The notes beneath the pieces were generated by a model that was given only the letters and a program-made list of their open reading frames with translations, searched no databases and had not been told where the DNA came from. Source: Polyangia bacterium (GTDB lineage: Bacteria; Myxococcota_A; Polyangia; Nannocystales; Nannocystaceae). Taken from it: a DNA stretch of 64,000 nt. Made by a program: the position numbers and the translations under genes. The stretch lies in NCBI GenBank assembly GCA_030430565.1, contig JAUIKS010000008.1:175225-239224 (forward strand), read 5' to 3'. Positions 57,550 to 64,000 of this stretch are shown here, in pieces (position 1 is the stretch's first letter; every line of letters begins with the position of its first letter).

Positions 57550-58023
57550 ATGCAAGCGCTCACGACACGGAGGTCCGCGCGCTCGTCACTGCTCGTCGCC
57601 GCGCTCCTCACCGCGGCGGCGTGCGACGCGGGAGCGCGCGCGCCCGCGGTCGAGCGCGCGCAGGTGCAGGTGCAGCCGATGACCGTTCACTACCTCGAGA
57701 TCGTCACCGAGAACCCCGACACGACCTGCGCCCTCTACGAGCGCGTTCACGGCCTGTCCTTTGGACCACGAGACGACAGCCTCGGAGGCTCCCGCATCGC
57801 GCGGCGACCGGATGGGAGCATGGTGGGCGTCCGCGCGCCCCTGGCCGCGCACGAGGGGCCGATCGTGCGCACGTACCTCGCGGTCGAGGACATCGAGGCG
57901 GCGACGAAGGCCGCCGAGGACAACGGGGCGCAGCTCGCGTACGGGCCGAGCCGCGAGGGCGCGCACGGGCAGTTCGCGATCGTCATCCACGACGGGGTCG
58001 AGCACGGGCTCTGGCAAGAGTGA
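57550..58023 (+). CDS. VOC-family (glyoxalase/bleomycin-resistance fold) lipoprotein
   Basis: Lipobox LLTAAAC. Beta-alpha-beta-beta-beta pattern VHYLEIVTENPD...FAIVIHDGVEHGLWQ. Confidence 0.55.
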   Translation: MQALTTRRSARSSLLVAALLTAAACDAGARAPAVERAQVQVQPMTVHYLEIVTENPDTTCALYERVHGLSFGPRDDSLGGSRIARRPDGSMVGVRAPLAAHEGPIVRTYLAVEDIEAATKAAEDNGAQLAYGPSREGAHGQFAIVIHDGVEHGLWQE

Positions 58024-58026
58024 CGA

Positions 58027-58590
58027 TCAGCGCGCGCGCTCACGCTGCGTGAGCAGCTCGAGCAGCCCGAGGAAGGTCCACCGCGCCTCGGGCGGGCTCT
58101 CGTCCCCCCACGGGTCGATCAGCGCGAAGCGCATGTTGTACTCCAGCTCCTCTTCGTCCATCCACGGGATTAGGTCGTAGCCCTCGGCGACGTGACCGAA
58201 CTCCGGGTGCCCGCGATCGCAGCAGAGAAACAGCCAGTGCTTGTCGCCGTAGCTGGCGAAGTGGATCCACGGGCCGTCGGCCGGGCGCTCCTCCGGATCC
58301 GCGCTCCCCTTGATGCGCAACCAGCTCGCGGTCGAGCGCACCATCGAGGCGAATGACCAGAAGGTGACCGAACGGTCATACTGCGCGCCGCCGGCCGCCT
58401 CGAGGTAGCGCGTGAACGCGTCCGGGAGTTCGAAGCGCGCGGCGGCCTCGCGCCCGAGCTGCTCGACGAAGGCCGCCCGCAGCGTCGCCAGCTGTGACGC
58501 CATATCATCGGGCGTGAGCGCGGTCGGGCTCTTGATCAGCTCGTCGAGCGCGCGACGCAGGATCTCCACCCCGAGCATCGTACGTGACAC
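58027..58590 (-). CDS. SMI1/KNR4 (SUKH-1) family protein
   Basis: 187 aa. Pattern with conserved Trp/Gly positions (..FLxxxGG..W..F) resembling SUKH immunity-type proteins. Recalled, not searched. Confidence 0.4.
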   Translation of the reverse strand: MSRTMLGVEILRRALDELIKSPTALTPDDMASQLATLRAAFVEQLGREAAARFELPDAFTRYLEAAGGAQYDRSVTFWSFASMVRSTASWLRIKGSADPEERPADGPWIHFASYGDKHWLFLCCDRGHPEFGHVAEGYDLIPWMDEEELEYNMRFALIDPWGDESPPEARWTFLGLLELLTQRERAR

Positions 58591-58623
58591 ATCGCCCCCG
58601 CAGCAGGACCTCGCCCATGGGGG

Positions 58624-59262
58624 CTAGCCGCAGCCCCTCGCGGGCGCGCGACGGACCACGAGCTGCGTCGACGCGCCGAGCCCGATCGCCGCGCGCTCCG
58701 CCTCCGTGAGCGCGCGCGCGGGCACCCGCGGCCGACCGTCGAGGAACAGCGGATGCGGACGCGCGCGCCCCAGGGCCGCGTCACGCAGCGACCTCCCCAG
58801 GGTGCCGAGGATGAGCGACAGCGGCCCGGTGGGGTGCCCCCCGGGGACCGCCGCCCTCGCGTGACGAGCGTGGATCCGAAACCGAACCGGCCCGAGCGCG
58901 TCCGCGCCGACCTGGCGCGCGTCGACGAACAGGCGCGGCATCCCGAGCCACGGCGCCCACGCCTGCGCCAGGCTGTTGGCGATCGGCGTCCGGCAGCAGC
59001 GCGCGTGCCAACGGAGCGCGCCCGCGTCCGTCAAGCGCACGCAGTCGAGCTGATCAACGCCTGTCTCGAGGCGCAGCTGACTCGGCGTCAGCTGGACGAT
59101 GTCGGTCCCGCCGGCGTCGTCCAGGAGCTCGAGCCGCCCGAGCCAGCGCGCGTAGGCCTGACAGCCGCGACAGTGACAGACGATTCGAAACACGCGCGCC
59201 GACGCGAGCGCGCGACCGGTGACGCGCCCGCAGGCGCAGCGAAGCGGGAGATCAGAGGACAC
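58624..59262 (-). CDS. GFA-family (CENP-V/Mss4-like) zinc-binding protein
   Basis: CACGRV...CHCRGCQ matches CxCG...CHCxxC of the GFA fold. Confidence 0.5.
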   Translation of the reverse strand: MSSDLPLRCACGRVTGRALASARVFRIVCHCRGCQAYARWLGRLELLDDAGGTDIVQLTPSQLRLETGVDQLDCVRLTDAGALRWHARCCRTPIANSLAQAWAPWLGMPRLFVDARQVGADALGPVRFRIHARHARAAVPGGHPTGPLSLILGTLGRSLRDAALGRARPHPLFLDGRPRVPARALTEAERAAIGLGASTQLVVRRAPARGCG

Positions 59263-59269
59263 GCGAGGA

Positions 59270-60577
59270 TCACGATAACAGGCGAGAGCCGGCGTCTGAC
59301 GCCGCGCGGGCGCCCTCGAGCTCGAACACGACGAGCGCGCTGCGCTTGCCTCGGAGCGCGACGGGACCGAGCGCGCGAAACGAGAGCGCCGGCTCCCCCT
59401 CGACGAGCGCGCGCGTCGCCTCGGTCACCAAGATCGTCGTCCCGAGCTGCTTGTTGAGCCCCTCGACGCGACTGGCGGTGTTCACCGTGTCGCCGATGTG
59501 CGTGTACTCCATGCGCTGCGGCGTCCCGACGTTACCCGCGACCAGCCGCCCGGTGTGCACCCCGATCCCGATCGCCAGCGGGGCCTCGCCGCGCGCGGAT
59601 CGTCGTCGATTCAACGCCGCGAGGCGCTCCGTCATGCCGAGCGCGCAGCGCAGCGCTCGCGCGGCGTGGTCTCGCTCGCGCACCGGCGGACCGAACACGG
59701 CGCAGATGCCATCCCCGATGAACTTGTCGAGGATCCCGTCGTGGGCGAACACCTCGTCGACCATCTCGCGGAAGTACTCGTTGAGCAGCTCGACGGTCGC
59801 GCTGGGCGTCATCCCCTCGGTCAAGCTGGTGAAGCCGCGGATGTCGCTGAACAGCACCGTCGCGCGCTGCTCCTGTCCACCCAGCGCGATGGCGTCGGGG
59901 TCGGCCGCGAGTCGATCGACGACGGGGCCCGGGAGGTAGCGCGCGAGCGCGTCGCGCTCTTTGACCCGCTGGGCGATGGTCCGCAGCTTCTTGGCCGCGT
60001 AGACGAGGATCGCGGCCATGCTGATCAGCTGGGCGAGGTCGAGCGCGAGGCTCACGCCCGCGCCGACCGACGCGTGGCGGACGAGCAGCCAGGTGTAGCC
60101 GACGACCGCGCAGAGCGTGGTCCAGACCGTGACGCGCCAGTCGAAGCGCAGCGCGTTGGCGCTGATGATCAGCATGAGCGCGACCGCGGTCGAGAACAGC
60201 TGATGGGGCGCCTCCGCGGGTTGATGCATCAAGAGGTGCGCGTGGCTCGTGTCCATCGCCGCGACGAGCACCGCGACGTCGAGACCCGAGAGCGCGAACG
60301 CGATGAGCGGGTGGAAGCCGCGGCGCAACCACGTGAGGCTGAGGACGATCAGCCCGACCGCGTAGGCGAAGCCGAGGATCGTGCTGAGCCGCAGCGGCGC
60401 GCCCTCGGCGAGGCTCGACATCGCCACGATGCCCGACATCGTCAGCCAGATCGCGACGCGGTACCGGTTGATCACCCGCTCGCTCTTCCACGCCTCTTCG
60501 AACAGGAGTCGATCGATCGGCGACTGCGCGGACCAAGCCATACCCGCAGGATGGATCGTCAGGCGCGGGCGCGTCAC
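59270..60577 (-). CDS. Membrane-anchored class III adenylate/guanylate cyclase
   Basis: Five to six N-terminal TM helices. CHD domain VLFSDIRGFTSLTE...FIGDGICAVFG...IGVHTGRLVAGNVG...YTHIGDTVNTASR. Confidence 0.8.
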   Translation of the reverse strand: MTRPRLTIHPAGMAWSAQSPIDRLLFEEAWKSERVINRYRVAIWLTMSGIVAMSSLAEGAPLRLSTILGFAYAVGLIVLSLTWLRRGFHPLIAFALSGLDVAVLVAAMDTSHAHLLMHQPAEAPHQLFSTAVALMLIISANALRFDWRVTVWTTLCAVVGYTWLLVRHASVGAGVSLALDLAQLISMAAILVYAAKKLRTIAQRVKERDALARYLPGPVVDRLAADPDAIALGGQEQRATVLFSDIRGFTSLTEGMTPSATVELLNEYFREMVDEVFAHDGILDKFIGDGICAVFGPPVRERDHAARALRCALGMTERLAALNRRRSARGEAPLAIGIGVHTGRLVAGNVGTPQRMEYTHIGDTVNTASRVEGLNKQLGTTILVTEATRALVEGEPALSFRALGPVALRGKRSALVVFELEGARAASDAGSRLLS

Positions 60578-60632
60578 GGCGCCGACGGCTCGGTTCCGCC
60601 CGCGCGCTTCGATGTCTTAATAGCCAGAATCA

Positions 60633-63600
60633 CTAGCGATGCGCGCGCAGCCAGGCCTTGACCTCCGCGCGCAGCGCCTCCGCGCGCTCGTCGGGCGCCT
60701 GGGCGCGCAGCAGCGCCTGCGCCGTCTGGGCGCGACGCCGGGCGCCGTCGCGGTCCTCGTCGACCGTCGCGCGCGCGATCAAGAACATCCCCTCCGCGCG
60801 ACGCCGGGCGCTCCACCCGTCGTGCTCGGCCTCCGCGACGAACGACGGCCCGTCGACGATCGCCTGGACCTTCTCGATCGTCGCGGCCGCGTCGTCGCCC
60901 CGCGCGAGCTCGAGCTCGGCGAGCTGCAGCAGCGCCTCGACCCGCGTCGCGTCGGGCGCGTCGACCGACTCGAAGACCGCGAGCGCCTGGCGAAACAGCC
61001 CCTCCGCCTCCGCGCGCGCGCCCTGCTCCTGGAGCACCTCGGCCTGGTTGCGCAGCGCGACGCCGACGCGGCGATGGGTGCCGCCGTGCGCCGCGCGGGC
61101 GATCGACTCCGCCTCCTGATAGGCCGCGAGCGCGCGCGCGTAACGACCTGCCTTAAAGTGCGCGTGACCGATCCCGACGCGCGGGTTAAATTGATCCGGG
61201 TGGCGCGCGCCGAGCCGACGCGTGATGTTGTCGCACGCGCGCTGGAAGTGCTCGAGCGCGCGCGCGGGATCACGATCGTCGTAGATGAGCCCCAGGTTGT
61301 TGTGAATGCTGGCCTGCCGCGGATCATCGGGTCGGCCCTCGAGCAGCGCGGCCGCGCGCAGCAGCAGCGACTCCTCCGACGCGTCGCCGGCGTCCTCCGA
61401 CGCGACGGTCGACATGTTCACCAGCGAGTTCACGAGCTCCGTGTGCTCGGGCCCCAGCGCGCGCGCGCGGATCTCGAAGGCGCGCCGGTAGGCCGCGCGC
61501 GCGTCGTTGAGCCTCCCGAGCGCGCCGTAGGCGGTCGCGGTGTTGTCGAGCACGACGGCGAGGTACGGATGGCTGGCGTCCAGCGTCCGCTCGAAGCGGG
61601 GTCGCAGCGCCTCGTAGATCTCGAGCGCGGGGGCCGGCTCGCCCGCCATGAGGAAGGTGTTCGCGACGCTGAACTCGGCCCGGAGCGCGAGCAAGCTGTC
61701 GCGTCGAGCGCGGGGATCCGCCGCGATCGCGCCGAGCGTCGCCCGTGCGGCCCCGTGGTCGCCGGCCCGAGCCTGCGCCCAGCCCTGGTACAGACGCAGG
61801 CGCGCCTCGAGCTCCGCGTCACCGCCAGCGCGCTGAAGCGCCGCCTCGGCGATCGGGACCCACTCGCGCGCGCGCGCGGGGTCGCCCTCGCCCTCGGCGT
61901 AGGTGTTGACCAGCTCGCTCGCGCTCTCCGTGACGCCGAGGTCATCGCCCGCCGCGAGCGCGTCGGCGAGCGCGCGTCGCAGCTGCGCGACGGCCTCCCC
62001 CGGCTCGCCGTCGCGCGCGAGCGCCCTCCCGAGCACGAGGCGGGCCTCGGCGACCAGCGGGAGGTAGTCGAGTTCCTCCGCCCGCGCGACGGCGACCGCG
62101 GCCCGGGGCCGCGCCGTCGTGACCTGTCCCGAGAGCAATAATGCCTTGATCTCCGCGAGCTCGCCCCGCGTCGTCTCGAGCTCGCCGCGCGCGCGCGCGT
62201 CCTCCGGCGGCGGGATGACGGCGCGCAGCGCCGACGCGTTCGCGCAGGCCTCCACGCCGCGCAGCGACTCGACCGCCTGCACGGATCCCTCGACCACCGC
62301 GTCGAGCGCGGGCGAGCGCCGGAACGCCCCGACCAGCGCCGCGAGCTCGTCGAGCCGCCGGTCCAGGCACGCGGCGCGGAGATCGAGCAGCTCGCCCGAC
62401 TGCTCGCCCCGCACGCGCGTCGCTCGGCAGCTGTCGTCACGCATCGCCGCCCAGCCCTCGGCGTAGGCGTCGAGCTGGCGCGCGACCTCCGTCCACGCCC
62501 GCTCGGCGTAGGGCAGCGAGCTCGCGGCGAAGCGCTCGGCGAGCGCCGAGCGGGTCGCCTCGTCGCCCCACACCGCGCGGGCCTGCGCCTGACCGCTGCT
62601 GCACACCGGCTCGCGCGGGCTCCAGCGCCCGGCGATCACGGCGCCCCCGGCGACCGCCAGCACGGTCACGCCCGCCGCGATCCGCCGCCGCGGACCGGCC
62701 GGATCCCGACGCAGCGCGTCGAGCAGCTCGTCCATCGTCTCGAAGCGATCAGCCGGCTCGCGCGAGAGCCCCCGGAGGAGGGCGCGCCTCGCCGTCGCCG
62801 GCAGCCCGACCTGCTCGCGCCGGGAGGGTCCGCGGACGTCCCCCCGCAGCACCGCCGCGCACAGGTCTGAGAAGCCCTCGTGGGGGAAGGGGTGCGCGCC
62901 GTAGAGCGCCTCGTAGAGCGCGACGCAGAAGCTGAATTGGTCTGAGCGCGCATCGACGCGCGCGCGCTCAAATTGCTCTGGGGACATGTACGCCGGCGTC
63001 CCGACGAGCGCGCCGGTGCGGGTGAGTTCCTCCGTGTCCCCGAGCGCGCCGGGCGTCGTCGCGGCGCGTTCATCGACGGCGACCCGCGCGAGCCCGAAGT
63101 CGAGGACCTTGACCGTCCCGTCGCGGGCGATCATCGCGTTCTGCGGCTTGAAGTCGCGATGCACGAGACCCGCCGCGTGCGCGGCCGCGAGCCCAGCCCC
63201 CGCGTCGAGATAGACCTCGAGCGTCGCCCGCCACGACCGCGGCGCGGCGTCTCGCCACGCGCGCAGCGTGACGCCGTCGACGAACTCCATGGCGATGAAC
63301 ACGTCGTCGTCGAGCGTCCCCACGTCAAAGACCGAGACGACGCTCTTGTGCGAGAGCTGGGCCAACGCGCGCGCCTCTCGCAGCAAGCGCGCGCGCTCCT
63401 CGTCGGAGTTCCGCTGCGGGTGCACGAGCTTGATCGCGACCTTTCGATCGAGCTCCGGATCGTACGCCGCGAACACCACGCCCATCCCGCCGGCGCCGAG
63501 CTGCTCGATCACGAGGTAGCGACCGAGACGAGCCGGGGCCGAGTCACGTCGATGACGAGCGGGGGGCCCGTTGCCGAGCTGCGTCATCGCGTAGGCCGTG

Positions 63601-63797
63601 TCGACAGAGGCGCGATCGGTCGCCCGCGAGTCCGCGGCCAGCGCGAGCGCGCTCCACAGCTCGTAGCAGCGCTCACAGCCCTCGACGTGGCGCTCGAAGC
63701 GTGCCCGCTCCTCCGAATCCCCTGCCCGCTCCAGCAACCCGACGAGCGTGTTCTCGTCCGGACACTCCGCGCGCGCGCTCGTGTGCTCGCTCGACAT
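60633..63797 (-). CDS. Ser/Thr protein kinase with N-terminal zinc-finger-like motif and long C-terminal TPR array
   Basis: Start MSSEHTS. HVEGCERCYELW. Kinase motifs (GAGGMGVVFAAYD, AIKLV, HRDFKPQNAMI, DFGLARV, SPEQ). About 600 aa of TPR-like helical repeats. Confidence 0.8.
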   Translation of the reverse strand: MSSEHTSARAECPDENTLVGLLERAGDSEERARFERHVEGCERCYELWSALALAADSRATDRASVDTAYAMTQLGNGPPARHRRDSAPARLGRYLVIEQLGAGGMGVVFAAYDPELDRKVAIKLVHPQRNSDEERARLLREARALAQLSHKSVVSVFDVGTLDDDVFIAMEFVDGVTLRAWRDAAPRSWRATLEVYLDAGAGLAAAHAAGLVHRDFKPQNAMIARDGTVKVLDFGLARVAVDERAATTPGALGDTEELTRTGALVGTPAYMSPEQFERARVDARSDQFSFCVALYEALYGAHPFPHEGFSDLCAAVLRGDVRGPSRREQVGLPATARRALLRGLSREPADRFETMDELLDALRRDPAGPRRRIAAGVTVLAVAGGAVIAGRWSPREPVCSSGQAQARAVWGDEATRSALAERFAASSLPYAERAWTEVARQLDAYAEGWAAMRDDSCRATRVRGEQSGELLDLRAACLDRRLDELAALVGAFRRSPALDAVVEGSVQAVESLRGVEACANASALRAVIPPPEDARARGELETTRGELAEIKALLLSGQVTTARPRAAVAVARAEELDYLPLVAEARLVLGRALARDGEPGEAVAQLRRALADALAAGDDLGVTESASELVNTYAEGEGDPARAREWVPIAEAALQRAGGDAELEARLRLYQGWAQARAGDHGAARATLGAIAADPRARRDSLLALRAEFSVANTFLMAGEPAPALEIYEALRPRFERTLDASHPYLAVVLDNTATAYGALGRLNDARAAYRRAFEIRARALGPEHTELVNSLVNMSTVASEDAGDASEESLLLRAAALLEGRPDDPRQASIHNNLGLIYDDRDPARALEHFQRACDNITRRLGARHPDQFNPRVGIGHAHFKAGRYARALAAYQEAESIARAAHGGTHRRVGVALRNQAEVLQEQGARAEAEGLFRQALAVFESVDAPDATRVEALLQLAELELARGDDAAATIEKVQAIVDGPSFVAEAEHDGWSARRRAEGMFLIARATVDEDRDGARRRAQTAQALLRAQAPDERAEALRAEVKAWLRAHR

Positions 63798-64000
63798 CGT
63801 CAGCGCGAGTCTATCGGCGGGCCGCCCGGCGGTGGGAGATGACGGTATCCGCCGCCGACGAAACCACACAGCTCGCCACCGCGCGCCTCGCCGTCCCAGA
63901 CGAGGCCGCGGGTGAAGCTGCGGACGTACAGGCTCCACGCGTAGGCGTCTCCCGACGGCGAGAACGCGACATCGTAGGGCGCCTCGGCGAGCGCGGCGGG

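Noticed and set aside
63841-64000. Partial minus-strand ORF at window end (...PYDVAFSPSGDAYAWSLYVRSF..., WD40/beta-propeller-like)
   Set aside because: Too short a fragment within the window to support a call.

Overview
This is a high-GC (about 70% by eye) chromosomal segment that looks myxobacterial. The evidence is three proteins with MYXO-CTERM sorting tails, two proteins with Myxococcus-type cysteine-rich repeats (CGDGxxxxGExCDDGN), and four large eukaryotic-like Ser/Thr kinases with fused sensor domains. Housekeeping and accessory content includes an ArnT-like glycosyltransferase, PspA, a TerB-family protein, a divergently organised alpha-glucan utilisation cluster (phosphorylase, GH15, GH13 amylase), a cell-surface multiheme cytochrome c, arginine deiminase, a KamA-family radical SAM enzyme, a class III adenylate cyclase, GST, a VOC protein and a tRNA gene followed by a 32-bp tandem repeat array. 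The most unusual feature is a visibly lower-GC stretch (about 47.5-52.9 kb) carrying a 1428-aa single polypeptide. It fuses HIT, PLD-type nuclease, SF2 (ResIII-like) helicase, a B3-like DNA-binding barrel and a LexA/UmuD-type S24 self-cleaving peptidase module with an intact VAAG cleavage-site motif. It is flanked downstream on the same strand by a Ser/Thr kinase fused to a macro-like domain, a redoxin and a 3TM cNMP-binding protein, and upstream by a decayed SNF2 helicase pseudogene. I interpret it as a candidate undescribed DNA-damage- or phage-triggered nuclease-helicase system. Other notable items are a minimal ATP-dependent DNA ligase fused through a Lys/Ser-rich tail to a WGR domain, a 1640-aa STK-AAA-GAF protein ending in a His-less HisKA domain, and a short CPXCG zinc-ribbon ORF with a GTG start that the ORF track missed. 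All calls are from reading motifs in the supplied translations. No database searches were run.
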